Both the position numbers and the translations under genes were made by a program. The notes beneath the pieces were generated by a model. The model worked only from the letters and a program-made list of their open reading frames with translations. It was not told where the DNA came from and did no database searches. Shown here piece by piece: positions 42,975 through 53,544 of a stretch of DNA of 64,000 nt (its first letter is position 1; each line of letters starts with the position of its first letter). The stretch lies in assembly GCA_965220965.1 (NCBI GenBank), contig OZ244852.1:512001-576000 (forward strand), given 5' to 3'. This DNA is from Candidatus Marinacidobacterium sp. (GTDB taxonomy: Bacteria; Acidobacteriota; Vicinamibacteria; Marinacidobacterales; Marinacidobacteraceae).

Positions 42975-44549
42975 ATGATGACCGATCCAGCCTCCCGGAG
43001 GCGCTTTCCCCGATCCGCTCTCCTGTGCCTCCTGGCGCTGGCCGGCGTCGCGTCCGCCCAGGACGATGGGGCCGTCCCCGAAGCGGAACCGGACCGCGCC
43101 GTGACCACCCGCCACGAGGTCACCGTGGGCGGGGTTCGACACACTTATACGGCGACGGCGGGGACGCTTCCGATCCGGCTCGACGGGGATGACGAAGAGG
43201 CGCAGGGCGAGATCTTCTACATCGCCTACCGGCTCGATGGGGACCATGCGCCGGAGGACCGCCCGCTGACCTTCTCGTTCAACGGCGGCCCGGGCTCTTC
43301 GTCGGTCTGGCTTCACCTCGGAGCGCTCGGGCCGCGGCGCGTCCGGATGCTGGCCGACGGCGGTCTGCCGGCTCCGCCGTACGAGTTGGTGGACAACGAG
43401 TTCTCCTGGCTCGACCTCACCGATCTGGTGTTCATCGACCCGGTCGGCACCGGGTTCAGCCGCCCGACGACCGAGGAGGATGGCGTCCGGTTCTGGGGAC
43501 TTCAGCAGGACATCCGGTCGGTGGGCGAGTTCGTTCGGCTCTACCTGACCCGGACGGAGCGCTGGGCTTCTCCTCTCTACGTCGTGGGGGAGAGCTACGG
43601 CACGACCCGCGCCGCCGGCCTCGCCGGCTACCTGGTGAATCGCTCCGGCATCGCGTTCAACGGAGTCATGCTGGTGTCCACGGTCCTGAACTTCCAGGGG
43701 AGCCGCTTTCGCGAGGGCAACGATCTGCCCTACCTGACCTTCTTCCCCACCTACGTCGCCACCGCCTGGTACCACGGCGCCCTGCGCGACGAGTGGGAGA
43801 GTCTCGAGGCGCTGCTCGCCGAGGCCCGCGAATGGGCCTACGAGACCTACTGGCCGGCGCTGGCGCGCGGGGACACGCTGTCTGCGGAGGAGCGCTCGCA
43901 GGTGGTCGATGACCTCGCCCGCTTCACCGGGCTCGCCCCCGGGTATCTGGAAGACACCGATCTCAGGATCGACGCCGGGCGCTTCCGCAAGGAACTGCTC
44001 CGGGACCGGGGCCGGACGGTGGGGCGGCTCGACAGCCGCTTCCTGGGTCGTGACCGGGATGACGCCGGGGAGACCTACGAGTACGACCCCAGCATGGTCG
44101 CCATCCGCCCGCCATACACCGCCGCCTTCAACGACTACGTTCGGCGGGAACTCGGATACGAGGACGAAAAGCACTACTGGATCCTCGGCGGCGGGATCGG
44201 CCGCTGGGACTTCGGGCTGCAGAACGGGTTCGCGGAAACCCAGAGCGCGCTGCGCGACGCCATGCTCAGGAACCCCTACATGAAGGTGTTCGTGGCGTCC
44301 GGCTACTACGACATGGCGACGCCGTTCTTTGGCGCGGAATACACGATGAACCACCTGGGCGTTCCGGGAGAACTGCGCGAGAACATCACGATCGCCGAAT
44401 ACGAATCCGGACACATGATGTATATCGACGAGCCGTCCCTCGCAAAGTTCAAGGAGGATGTCGCGGCGTTCTACGCGGCCAGCGAGGGGGCGGGGGCCCC
44501 CTCGACCGATCTGATCGTTCCCGGACCGAAGCCGGGAGGCCTCCAGTGA
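42975..44549 (+). CDS. Serine carboxypeptidase, family S10
   Basis: FNGGPGSSS, FIDPVGTGFS, GESYG, GYYD and GHMMY motifs. Confidence 0.92.
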   Translation: MMTDPASRRRFPRSALLCLLALAGVASAQDDGAVPEAEPDRAVTTRHEVTVGGVRHTYTATAGTLPIRLDGDDEEAQGEIFYIAYRLDGDHAPEDRPLTFSFNGGPGSSSVWLHLGALGPRRVRMLADGGLPAPPYELVDNEFSWLDLTDLVFIDPVGTGFSRPTTEEDGVRFWGLQQDIRSVGEFVRLYLTRTERWASPLYVVGESYGTTRAAGLAGYLVNRSGIAFNGVMLVSTVLNFQGSRFREGNDLPYLTFFPTYVATAWYHGALRDEWESLEALLAEAREWAYETYWPALARGDTLSAEERSQVVDDLARFTGLAPGYLEDTDLRIDAGRFRKELLRDRGRTVGRLDSRFLGRDRDDAGETYEYDPSMVAIRPPYTAAFNDYVRRELGYEDEKHYWILGGGIGRWDFGLQNGFAETQSALRDAMLRNPYMKVFVASGYYDMATPFFGAEYTMNHLGVPGELRENITIAEYESGHMMYIDEPSLAKFKEDVAAFYAASEGAGAPSTDLIVPGPKPGGLQ

Positions 44550-45940
44550 CGGGCGCCGCCGCCCGGTGGGCGGCCGTTTCGTGCGCGCTGCTGGCCGCGG
44601 CCGGCTGCGGCCGCGACCCGACGGTTCCCGGAGCTGACCTGGCGATCGTCGGCGCCACCGTCCTGCCGATGGACAGCGAGCGCGCGCTTCCGGATCACAC
44701 CGTCATCGTGCTCGATGGACGGATCGTCGCCGTCGCCCCGACGGCCGAAGTCGTTCTGGATGCGGACACCGAGGTGGTCCCCGGGGAGGGCCGGTTCCTG
44801 ATCCCCGGCCTCGCCGAAATGCATGGCCACCTGCCCGGAGCGAACAGCCCGGCCGAACTCACCGAAGATGTCCTGTTCCTCTATGTCGCGAACGGGGTCA
44901 CCACCGTGCGCGGCATGCAGGGCCACCCCAGCCAGCTCGAGCTTCGTGACCGGATCGCCGCCGGGGACCTCCTCGGACCGCGCCTGATCGTGAGCAGCCC
45001 GTCGATGAGCGGCCGGATCGAGACCCCGGAAGAGGCCCGCGCGCTGGTCGCCGAATACGCCGCAGCCGGTTACGAACTCATCAAGGTCCACGAGGGTTTC
45101 CGGCCCGCCACCTTCGAGGCCCTCGCCGCCACCGCCCGGGAGATCGGGATCCCGTTCGCCGGTCACGTGGCGGACGAGGTCGGGCTCTTCGCCGCGCTCG
45201 ACGCCGGCATCGACACCGTGGACCACCTCGACAACTTCGTGGAAGCGCTGCTCTCTGAGGAGGACCGCGACGGGATGGAGGCGCTCCGCGGCATCGCCGG
45301 CCTCTCGACCCGGGTGGACGAGAGCCGCATCCCGGGCCTCGTCGAGGCGGTCGTGGCCAGCGGGGCAGGCGTCGCGCCCACGATGGTGCTCTGGGAGTCG
45401 GGCATCCTTCCCACCCGACCCTCGGCGGACCTGCTCGCCGAGCGGCCGGAGACCCGCTACATGCCGCGGGAGACCGTGGCGCGCTGGATCGAGGCGGTGG
45501 ACTCCGGCCTCGAGCGCCTCGGCGCCGAAAACACCGCGCGCATTGCGGCGCTCCGCCGCGAGATCCTCGCCGCGCTCCACGAGGGTGGCGCGACGATCCT
45601 CCTCGGCACGGACTCGCCGCAGATCTTCTCGGTTCCGGGATTCTCGATTCACGCGGAAGCGGCCTCCTACGTCGAGGCGGGCCTGTCGCCGTTCGAAGTC
45701 CTTTACTCGGGAACGCGCGCCGTCGCCGAACACGCCTCCCGCTACGGGCTGGCGGACGACTTCGGCGGGATCGCCCCCGGCCAGCGCGCCGACCTCATCC
45801 TCCTCGAGGAGAACCCGCTCGACGACATCGCGGCCACCCGTTCCATCGCGGCCGTCGTGGCGGGGGGGCGGCTCCTGCTCAGGGCCGACATCGACGGGCG
45901 GCTCGAAGCGATCGCCGCCCGCCGCGCCGGGGAAGAGTAG
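44546..45940 (+). CDS. Amidohydrolase family lipoprotein
   Basis: Lipobox AAGC, PGLAEMHGH, GVTTVR, LGTD and ADLILL..NPL. Confidence 0.87.
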   Translation: MTGAAARWAAVSCALLAAAGCGRDPTVPGADLAIVGATVLPMDSERALPDHTVIVLDGRIVAVAPTAEVVLDADTEVVPGEGRFLIPGLAEMHGHLPGANSPAELTEDVLFLYVANGVTTVRGMQGHPSQLELRDRIAAGDLLGPRLIVSSPSMSGRIETPEEARALVAEYAAAGYELIKVHEGFRPATFEALAATAREIGIPFAGHVADEVGLFAALDAGIDTVDHLDNFVEALLSEEDRDGMEALRGIAGLSTRVDESRIPGLVEAVVASGAGVAPTMVLWESGILPTRPSADLLAERPETRYMPRETVARWIEAVDSGLERLGAENTARIAALRREILAALHEGGATILLGTDSPQIFSVPGFSIHAEAASYVEAGLSPFEVLYSGTRAVAEHASRYGLADDFGGIAPGQRADLILLEENPLDDIAATRSIAAVVAGGRLLLRADIDGRLEAIAARRAGEE

Positions 45941-45959
45941 GGGCCGGAGGCCTCTCCGC

Positions 45960-48900
45960 TCAGCGAGGCCGGGGGACGCCGGCGGCGTCCGCTCCGGCCT
46001 CCACGGCGTCCAGTTCGTCGAGGAGCCGCTCCAGCTCGGCGGTCGCCGCGGGCAGCTCCTCCCCCACGATCTCCGCCTGGCGGCGGTGGGTGGTCGTCGG
46101 GTCCGCGGTGGACCAGAAAGCGCCCACGACCCGCTGGATCCGGTCGCGAAGCCCCGGGAGAACGGCCTCCCGCCGCGCGCGCACCGTGTCGTCGCCGAGG
46201 AACGCCATGCGGAGCTCGAGCAGCCCGGCGCGGACTGCGGAGACCCGCGCGCGAAGGTCGCCCTCGGCGGCCGAGGCGTCGAGCGCCGACCCGAGCGCCC
46301 GGGCCCGCTCCAGACCGCTCTCGAGCCGGGCGACCGCGCCGAAGACCCGGCGCTGCAGATCGGCGACTTCGGTCTGGAACGCGTGGAGTTCGGCGGGGTC
46401 GGCGAGCGGGGCGTCCGCGGCCGCCAGCCGCCTTGGCGTGAAGGGACGGGCTTCGCCGAGTTGCTCGGTTTCACCCCGCACTCGCCTGACCAGCGAGGCG
46501 GTGTAGGTCCCGGGCATCGCCAGCGGGCCGCCGCGGGCGCCGCCCGGGTTCGGGTGGCGCAGATCCCACGCGACCCGGTGGATTCCGGCGGTCTTCGGCG
46601 CCGGGATCCGACGGATGAGCCGTCCGGCGTCGTCGCGGATCACTACGAACAGCGCCGGTTCCTCTTCGCGATCCTCGGCGCGGAACTCGTCCCACGAGGG
46701 GTAGCGCAGCGGCTCTCCGGCGGCCGCCTGCTCCCGTTCGCGCGCCCGGCGCGTCTCGCGGAGGCTTCGCACCGGCGCCCGCAGGTGGTAGGTCACCACC
46801 GCTCCGAAGGGCGGATTCGGGGCGGTGAAGAAGGCGTCGCCGCGCTGCGCCTTCTCGCCGCCTCCGAGGGGGTTCGCCTCGATGTACATCCAGGGGTCCT
46901 TCACCGGGAAGACGAACCCCTCCGCCGCGAGCGCGTCTGCGGTCAGATGACGCAGCGGCGTGTAGTCGTCGAGGATGAAGAAGCCGCGCCCGAACGACGC
47001 CGCGATCAGGTCGTTCTCGCGCGTCTGGATCTCCAGATCCCGGATGGCGATCGTGGGGATGCCGCCGCGGAGCCGGACCCAGCGCCCGCCGCCGTCCAGC
47101 GTCACGAAGAGGCCGAACTCCGTGCCCACGAAGAGCAGGCCTTCGCGCTCGTGGTCCTCGTAGATGACCCACGTCGGCTGGTCGCCCGGAAGGTCGCCGG
47201 TGATGTCGGTCCAGGTGACGCCCCGGTCGTCGCTGCGCCTGACGTAGGGGGCGAAGTCGCCCTCCTTGTGGTTGTTGAAGACCGCGTAGACGGTGTCTTC
47301 CCGATGCCGGGAAGCGTGGAGGTCCGCCACGTAGGTGCGCGGCGGGACGCCGGGAACCTCGTCCACCGCCCTCCACTCGAGGCCGCCGTCGCCGCTGATC
47401 TGGATCCGGCCGTCGTCCATGCCGGTGTAGAGCAGGCCCTCGACCAGGGGCGACTCGTCGAGCGCCACCATGTTTCCGTAAGTCGAAGTAAAGACGTTGC
47501 GCCAGACGGCGTCGGCGCTCCAGGTGCGGCCCATCACGGTTCGCTCGGCGCGATCGATCCCCCGGGTCAGATCCCCGCTGATCGGGGTCCAGGTGTTCGC
47601 GCGGTCCTCGCTCCGGTAGAGCCGGTTCGCCCCGAAGTAGAGGCGGCGTCCATTGTGTGGGGAAATGAGGAGCGGCGCGTCCCAGTTCCACTTGAGTGGA
47701 GGATCGTCGGGCTCCGGCTGGGGCTGGATCTCGAGCCGCTCCCCGGTGCGGCGGTCGAAGCGGGCGATTCCGGCGTACTGGAACTGGGCGTACACGATGT
47801 TGGGGTCCTCGGGATCCACCCGCGCCTGGAAGCCGTCGCCGCCGATGACGTTGAGCCAGTCGCTGTTCCGGATGCCGTGGACGTTCCGTGTCCGCACCGG
47901 GCCTCCGAGCGTGGCGTTGTCCTGCGTGCCTCCGTAGACGCGGTAGAACGGGACGTCGTTGTCGATGCCCACCCGGTAGAACTGGGTGATCGACTGGTTC
48001 GCGTGGAACATCCAGTGATCTCCCTGGTCCCAGCTCTCGTAGAGGCCTCCGTCGGTCGCCATCATCAGGTAGTCGGGGTCGTCCGGGTCGAAGTCGAGGT
48101 CGTGGTTGTCCACGTGCTTCCACCGGGTGTTGAGCCCGCGCCAGGTGGCGCCGCCGTCGTCGGTCACCTGGACGACGACATCCATGGAGTAGACCCGCCC
48201 CGGGCGGTGCGGGTCGGGAAAGATCTCCATGTAGTACTGCGGGTCCACGCAGATGTAGTCGCTGCGCTTCTCCCAACTCTCGCCCCGGTCGGTCGAGCGG
48301 TAGAACCCGCTGGCGTCGTCGGAAGCGGCGATCAGCGCGTAGACGGTGTCGGGATTCTCGGGAGCGAGCGCGAGGCCGATCCGGCCGATGTCGTGGCGGT
48401 CGGGGGAGGGAAGGCCCCGGCTGAGCTGGCGCCAGGTGTCGCCGCCGTCCTCGGATTTGTGGATGCCGCCCTCGGGTCCGCCCGCCACGAGGAGACCGAC
48501 GTGCCGGCGCCGCTGCCAGGTGGCGGCGTACACGATGTCCGGGTCGCGGGGATCGACGACCACGTCGGTGATGCCGGTGTCCTCCGAGATGTGGAGCACG
48601 CGCTCCCAGGTGGCGCCGTCATCCCGGGACCGGTAGAGCCCGCGGTCTCCCCCGGAGCGCCAGAGCGGACCCTGCGCCGCCACGAACACGGTGTCGGAGT
48701 CGGTGGGGTCGAAGACGATCTTCCCGATGTGCTCCGACTCGTCCAGCCCGAGATGCTGGAAGGAGTCGCCGCCGTCGCGGCTGCGCCAGACGCCGTTCCC
48801 CCAGCCGACCGAGCGCTGCCCGTTGTTTTCGCCGGTTCCCAGCCAGATTTCGTTCGGGTTCTCGGGGTCGATGGCCACCGTCCCCACCGAGTAGACCGGG

Positions 48901-49172
48901 TAGTTGTCGAAGATCGGCTCCCACGTCGTCCCCCGATTCCGCGTGCGAAACGCGTTCCCGGAGGCGATCGCGACATACCAGGTCGCGCGGTCCTCGGGGT
49001 GGATCGCAACGTCGGAGATGCGGCCGGAGCGGGCGGCGGGGCCGATGCCGCGAAGCTCGAGCCCCGAGAGAAGGCGCTCGTCGATGGCGGGCGCCTCGTT
49101 CTGCGCCGCGGCGAACGGCGCGAGAAGGACGGCCGCGGCCGTCAGCAGCAGTGTCTGGTGTGTTCGGGTCAT
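45960..49172 (-). CDS. VPS10/sortilin-like BNR (Asp-box) repeat protein (putative glycosyl hydrolase)
   Basis: RGIGPA..SGRI, many SxDGGxTW boxes, GGTQDN, GGDG and SFGRG. Confidence 0.85.
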   Translation of the reverse strand: MTRTHQTLLLTAAAVLLAPFAAAQNEAPAIDERLLSGLELRGIGPAARSGRISDVAIHPEDRATWYVAIASGNAFRTRNRGTTWEPIFDNYPVYSVGTVAIDPENPNEIWLGTGENNGQRSVGWGNGVWRSRDGGDSFQHLGLDESEHIGKIVFDPTDSDTVFVAAQGPLWRSGGDRGLYRSRDDGATWERVLHISEDTGITDVVVDPRDPDIVYAATWQRRRHVGLLVAGGPEGGIHKSEDGGDTWRQLSRGLPSPDRHDIGRIGLALAPENPDTVYALIAASDDASGFYRSTDRGESWEKRSDYICVDPQYYMEIFPDPHRPGRVYSMDVVVQVTDDGGATWRGLNTRWKHVDNHDLDFDPDDPDYLMMATDGGLYESWDQGDHWMFHANQSITQFYRVGIDNDVPFYRVYGGTQDNATLGGPVRTRNVHGIRNSDWLNVIGGDGFQARVDPEDPNIVYAQFQYAGIARFDRRTGERLEIQPQPEPDDPPLKWNWDAPLLISPHNGRRLYFGANRLYRSEDRANTWTPISGDLTRGIDRAERTVMGRTWSADAVWRNVFTSTYGNMVALDESPLVEGLLYTGMDDGRIQISGDGGLEWRAVDEVPGVPPRTYVADLHASRHREDTVYAVFNNHKEGDFAPYVRRSDDRGVTWTDITGDLPGDQPTWVIYEDHEREGLLFVGTEFGLFVTLDGGGRWVRLRGGIPTIAIRDLEIQTRENDLIAASFGRGFFILDDYTPLRHLTADALAAEGFVFPVKDPWMYIEANPLGGGEKAQRGDAFFTAPNPPFGAVVTYHLRAPVRSLRETRRAREREQAAAGEPLRYPSWDEFRAEDREEEPALFVVIRDDAGRLIRRIPAPKTAGIHRVAWDLRHPNPGGARGGPLAMPGTYTASLVRRVRGETEQLGEARPFTPRRLAAADAPLADPAELHAFQTEVADLQRRVFGAVARLESGLERARALGSALDASAAEGDLRARVSAVRAGLLELRMAFLGDDTVRARREAVLPGLRDRIQRVVGAFWSTADPTTTHRRQAEIVGEELPAATAELERLLDELDAVEAGADAAGVPRPR

Positions 49173-49188
49173 GGGGCCGGGCATCAGC

Positions 49189-50100
49189 TCAGTCGGTGAG
49201 CGTGGAGACGTGGGCGGCGGCGGCGCGGGCCTGGCCATCCACGTTGTAGCCGCCTTCCAGAAGCGAGACGAGCCGGCCGCCGCAGTAGTGGTCGGCCACA
49301 TCCATGAGCGTGCGGGTCATCCGGATGAAGGCGTCGTCGGTAACCTCGAAGGAGCCAAGAAGGTCCTCGCGGCGGCTGTCGAAGCCCGCCGAGATGATCA
49401 CGAAGTCGGGCCGGAAGCGCTCCACCGCCGGAAGCAGGGTCCGGTCCCACGCGGTCAGCATGTCCCGGTCGGTGGAACCCGGGCCCAGATGGACGTTCAG
49501 GTTCGTCCCCGAGCCGTCGCGGGCGCCCCGGAGCGACGGGTCGCCGGTCCCGGGATAGTCGTACCAGTTGTGCGTCGAGAAGAAGAGGACGTCGGGGTCC
49601 TCGTAGAAGGCGTTCTGGGTGGCGTTGCCGTGGTGGTAGTCCCAGTCCACGATGAGGATCCGCTGGTGGCCGTGGACCCGCTGGGCGTAGCGCGCCGCCA
49701 CCGCGGCGTTCGAGTAGAAGCAGAAGCCCTCCTCGGCCCCGGTGTTGTTGGCGTGATGTCCGGGGGGACGCACGGCGCAGAACGCGTTCCGGAGGCGGCC
49801 GGCGGAGACCTCGCGGACCGCGGCGAGCGCGCCTCCCACCGCGAGTTCGGCGACTTCGCCGGTGACCGGGATCCGCTTGATCCGATCCACGTGTTCGCGG
49901 GTGTGGTGGGAGAGCAGGGCGGCGAGCGGGTCGGGCCAGTCGGTCACCGGAACGAGGACCGGCAGAAGGCCGGCGGCGTCGAGCGCCTCGCGGATCTTCA
50001 CCAGCCGCGCCGGCGACTCGGGATGACCCTGGCGGATGTTGTGCCGCAGGAAGGTGTCGCGGTAGACGAGGCCGGTGCCGGTGGGAGCGTTCTCGGACAT
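49189..50100 (-). CDS. Histone deacetylase family protein
   Basis: HPESPARL, RPPGHHA, GFC, DWDYHHGNATQ, SAGFD and LEGGY. Confidence 0.93.
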   Translation of the reverse strand: MSENAPTGTGLVYRDTFLRHNIRQGHPESPARLVKIREALDAAGLLPVLVPVTDWPDPLAALLSHHTREHVDRIKRIPVTGEVAELAVGGALAAVREVSAGRLRNAFCAVRPPGHHANNTGAEEGFCFYSNAAVAARYAQRVHGHQRILIVDWDYHHGNATQNAFYEDPDVLFFSTHNWYDYPGTGDPSLRGARDGSGTNLNVHLGPGSTDRDMLTAWDRTLLPAVERFRPDFVIISAGFDSRREDLLGSFEVTDDAFIRMTRTLMDVADHYCGGRLVSLLEGGYNVDGQARAAAAHVSTLTD

Positions 50101-50192
50101 GGCTCCAAAGATACCGGAGCGGTCGGCGCGGTGACCGCTTCGCGCGCCCCGCTACTCTCCGCAAGCGGTTCGAGCGCCGTCCACGTTCCCTG

Positions 50193-50843
50193 ATGCCCCA
50201 CCACCGAGACCATGCCCACGACCCGGGAAAGCGTCCGTGGTGGAAGGCCTGGCGCGCCACGGCGGCGATCGGCTACTCGATCCGGCATTTCACCGGAGCG
50301 TGGAACGCCGCGGTGGTGGCGCGGGTCGGGATCCGGCCGGGGGACCGGGTCGTGGACATCGGCTGCGGACCGGGGGAGTCCTCCGCGCTGGCGGCGCGGG
50401 CGGCGGCGGGCGTTCGGGTCGTCGCGGTGGATCCGGCGTGGCCGTTCCGGCTGACGACCCGGCTCCGGTCGCTCGGGACGCCCGCCGCCCTACGGGTGAA
50501 GCGCGGCGCCGCCGAGCGGCTTCCGGTCGCCGCCGGGTGGGCGACGCTCGTGCTGTCGGTGAACGCCTTCCACCACTGGGCCGACCCGCGCGGGGAGCTC
50601 GCCGAGGCGCGTCGGGTGCTGGCTCCCGGGGGAAGGCTCGCGCTCGTGGATGAGGACTTCCCTCCGGACCACCGCCACACCCGGTTTCACCGCGAGCGCG
50701 ACGGGGCGGACCCGGTCCACGCCGGGAGCCCGGAGGTGAGCGAGTGGCTTTCGGAACTCGGCTTCGTCGACGTGGCGCTCGAGCCTCTCGAGGACGCCGA
50801 GGGAACCCCCCATCACCTGCTGACCGCGAACGCTCCGACGTAG
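50193..50843 (+). CDS. Class I SAM-dependent methyltransferase
   Basis: VVDIGCGPG, AERLP, FHHW and RVLAPGG. Confidence 0.85.
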   Translation: MPHHRDHAHDPGKRPWWKAWRATAAIGYSIRHFTGAWNAAVVARVGIRPGDRVVDIGCGPGESSALAARAAAGVRVVAVDPAWPFRLTTRLRSLGTPAALRVKRGAAERLPVAAGWATLVLSVNAFHHWADPRGELAEARRVLAPGGRLALVDEDFPPDHRHTRFHRERDGADPVHAGSPEVSEWLSELGFVDVALEPLEDAEGTPHHLLTANAPT

Positions 50844-50889
50844 AGCCGCTGCGCCCGAACCGCGATCCGTCGCGCCCGTCGCGAACCGG

Positions 50890-50975
50890 TGGTGCCGAAG
50901 GGGGGACTCGAACCCCCACGGGATTAATCCCATACGCCCCTCAAGCGCACGTGTCTACCATTCCACCACTTCGGC
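50890..50975 (-). tRNA. tRNA-Leu(GAG)
   Basis: GCCGAAGTGGTGGAATGGTAGACACGTGCGCTTGAGGGGCGTATGGGATTAATCCCGTGGGGGTTCGAGTCCCCCCTTCGGCACCA; long variable arm, encoded CCA, downstream of secG. Confidence 0.95.
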
Positions 50976-51058
50976 AAGCGGGGGACGAACCCCCGTAGCG
51001 GGGCTGCGGGAGGTCGCCGGCGGCCCGGAATTATAGGCGGGCGGCCGGATTCGTCGGG

Positions 51059-51457
51059 CTAGGACTGGGGTTCTTCGGACCCGGGATCGGGTTCCGCGCC
51101 GCCCTCCGGAGTCGCGCCCTCCGGCGTCGGCTCAAGGCCCGGATCGACGTCCTGGACCCCGCCCGGCTCGGTCTCGGGCGCGCTGATGGGCGCCACGCCG
51201 ATGTCGTCCACCACGGTGCGCTGGCTGTCGTCCGAACCCACATAGCCGAGCAGCAGCGAAGTCACCATGAACGTCGCCGCCGCGCCCGCCGTGATCTTGG
51301 TGAGCAGCGTCGCGGTGCCGCGGGCGCCGAACGCCGCCTGGGTTCCGGCGCCGCCGAAGGCGCTCGCCAGGTCCTGCCCCTTCCCCTGCTGGGTGAGGAC
51401 CACCAGGATGAGGAAGACGCAGATGATGATGTGAACGAGGGTGAGGAGGATCGTCAT
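51059..51457 (-). CDS. secG: Preprotein translocase subunit SecG
   Basis: LVVLTQQGKGQDLASAFGG...FG...LTKIT. Confidence 0.93.
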   Translation of the reverse strand: MTILLTLVHIIICVFLILVVLTQQGKGQDLASAFGGAGTQAAFGARGTATLLTKITAGAAATFMVTSLLLGYVGSDDSQRTVVDDIGVAPISAPETEPGGVQDVDPGLEPTPEGATPEGGAEPDPGSEEPQS

Positions 51458-51503
51458 GGGTTCGGGATCGCGGCCCCCTTCTTGGGACTCGGCCGCGGAG
51501 AGT

Positions 51504-52280
51504 TCACCCGGCGGCGCGGCAGATGCTCAGGAAGGAGTCCGCCCGAAGGCTCGCCCCGCCCACCAGGACTCCATCCACATTGGGGCCTTGAAGGATCCGG
51601 GCGGCATTATCTCCCGTCACCGAGCCCCCGTAAAGGATCCGCAGCCGGGCGGCCGCTTCGGACCCGGCGAAGGCGCCGAAGCGGCGCCGCACCGCGGCGA
51701 GCATCGTCTCGGCGGTCTCGGGGGTCGCCGTCCGGCCCGTGCCGATGGCCCAGACCGGTTCGTAGGCGACGACGAGCGACGCCAGGCCGTCGCCGGAGAG
51801 TCCGGCCGCCCCGGCCTCGAGCTGGCGGGCCACCACCGACTCGGCTTCGCCGGCGTCCCGCTCCTCGAGCGTCTCGCCGACGCACAGCACCGGCGCCATC
51901 GCGGCGCCGAGCACCGCTTCCACCTTCCGGCGCACGTCGCGGTCCGTATCGCCGAAGACCTGGCGCCGTTCGGAGTGTCCGACGATGACCTGGTCGCAGC
52001 CGGCCGCGGCCAGCATCCCGGCGGAGACCGCGCCGGTGAAAGCGCCCGCCGGTTCCGGAAAGACGTCCTGCGCCGCCAGCCGGAGCGGCGCGCCGAGGCG
52101 TTCGATCTCGTGCGCCGCCAGCGGGAGGGCGGGAAACGCCGGCGCGACTCCGAACTCGGCGCGCAGGCCGTGAAGCTGCGGCGCGAGCGTCCGCACCAGC
52201 TCCACGGCCTCCGGTCCGGTCTTGTGCATCTTCCAGTTGCCGATCACCAGCGGGCGCCGACCGTTCTCGTTCGTGGGCAT
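51504..52280 (-). CDS. tpiA: Triosephosphate isomerase
   Basis: GNWKM, GHSERR, AYEPVWAIGTG, YGGSV and VGGASL. Confidence 0.96.
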   Translation of the reverse strand: MPTNENGRRPLVIGNWKMHKTGPEAVELVRTLAPQLHGLRAEFGVAPAFPALPLAAHEIERLGAPLRLAAQDVFPEPAGAFTGAVSAGMLAAAGCDQVIVGHSERRQVFGDTDRDVRRKVEAVLGAAMAPVLCVGETLEERDAGEAESVVARQLEAGAAGLSGDGLASLVVAYEPVWAIGTGRTATPETAETMLAAVRRRFGAFAGSEAAARLRILYGGSVTGDNAARILQGPNVDGVLVGGASLRADSFLSICRAAG

Positions 52281-53485
52281 CAGGGTGTCTCCGGCTCGAT
52301 GTCCGGGAGCGCCTCGACTCCCGGGAGCGGTTGTCCGGCGAGGAAAGCGAGCGACGCCCCTCCGCCGGTCGAGAGGTGGCCCATGCGGGATCCGACGCCT
52401 GCGAGACGCACGGCGGCGGCGGAGTCGCCGCCGCCCACCACGGTCCGCGCCCCGCGGTCGGTGGCCGCCGCGACCGCGCGCGCGACCGCGAGCGTTCCGC
52501 CCGCGAACGCCGGGTTCTCGAACAGGCCCATCGGTCCGTTCCAGACGACGGTTCGGGCTTCCCGCAGGGCTTCCCCGAATGCGGCCCCGGTCCGGGGGCC
52601 GATGTCGAGGCCGATCCGGTTGGCGGCGATCCGGTCGGACGGCGGGTCGGCGCCGGTCGCATCGGGCGAGGGAGCGGCGAGGTGGTCGGTGGGAAGCGAC
52701 AGCCGCTCCCCGTGGTCGCGCAGCAGCGCCGCGGCCTCGTCGACCCGGTCCGGCTCGACGAGCGAGTCCCCGACCGGGACGCCGCGGGCGAGGAGGAAGG
52801 TGTAGGCCATCGCGCCGCCGATGAGCACGCGGTCGGCGTGCTCCAGCAGCGACCGGATCACCGGGAGCTTGTCCGAGACCTTGGCCCCTCCGAGGACGGC
52901 CACGAAGGGCCGCGCGGGTCTGCGGAACAGGCCTCCGAGCGCCTTCAGTTCGGCCTTCAGCAGCGGCCCCGCAGCCGCCCGCGGAAACCGGCGCGCGCAC
53001 GCCTCCACCGAGGCGTGGGCCCGGTGGACCACGCCGAAGGCGTCGTTCGCGTACTCGTCGCCGAAAGCGGCCAGCGCCGCGGCGAAGTCCGGGTCGTTCG
53101 ATGTTTCTCCGGGGTGGAAGCGGAGGTTCTCGAGCAGCAGCGTTTCCCCCGGCCGCGCTGGTGGAATGCGCGGCGCCCGGTCGTATCCGACGGGTTCCTC
53201 GTGGAGGCGCACCGGCGAGCCGAGCAGTTCCCGGAGCCGGTCCGCCACCGGACGCAGGCTGAACCCGGCAGCGATCCCGCCTCCGGGGCGGCCGGCGTGC
53301 GAGGCGAGGACGACGGCGGCGCCCGCCCGCTGCGCCGCCCGGATCGCGGGGAGCGCAGCCCGGATCCGGGTGTCATCGGAGACCGCTCCATTCCGGAGCG
53401 GGACGTTCAGGTCGGAGCGCAGCAGCAGGCGCCGGCCGCGGAGGTCGAGATCCTCGATTCCCAGCTTCCGGGCCGCCGCGACCAT
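52280..53485 (-). CDS. pgk: Phosphoglycerate kinase
   Basis: DLNVP, SHAGRP, LLENLRF, GGAKVSDK, WNGPMG, GGGDS and STGGGASL. Confidence 0.96.
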   Translation of the reverse strand: MVAAARKLGIEDLDLRGRRLLLRSDLNVPLRNGAVSDDTRIRAALPAIRAAQRAGAAVVLASHAGRPGGGIAAGFSLRPVADRLRELLGSPVRLHEEPVGYDRAPRIPPARPGETLLLENLRFHPGETSNDPDFAAALAAFGDEYANDAFGVVHRAHASVEACARRFPRAAAGPLLKAELKALGGLFRRPARPFVAVLGGAKVSDKLPVIRSLLEHADRVLIGGAMAYTFLLARGVPVGDSLVEPDRVDEAAALLRDHGERLSLPTDHLAAPSPDATGADPPSDRIAANRIGLDIGPRTGAAFGEALREARTVVWNGPMGLFENPAFAGGTLAVARAVAAATDRGARTVVGGGDSAAAVRLAGVGSRMGHLSTGGGASLAFLAGQPLPGVEALPDIEPETP

Positions 53486-53544
53486 TCCGGCGCGAACCTT
53501 ACTTGCGGGGGGACCGCGGAGTATCCTCTCCTCAACCGAATCGA

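Noticed and set aside
45543-49199. Very long antisense ORFs (e.g. 45543-49199, 18265-21084, 35626-37950, 12239-14338, 10325-12403)
   Set aside because: Shadow frames of well-supported genes; stop codons are scarce at high GC, and the translations are Arg/Gly/Pro-rich with no motifs
50843-50900. tRNA-Leu 3' end as an island integration site
   Set aside because: No integrase, no duplicated tRNA 3' end noticed and no evident compositional shift
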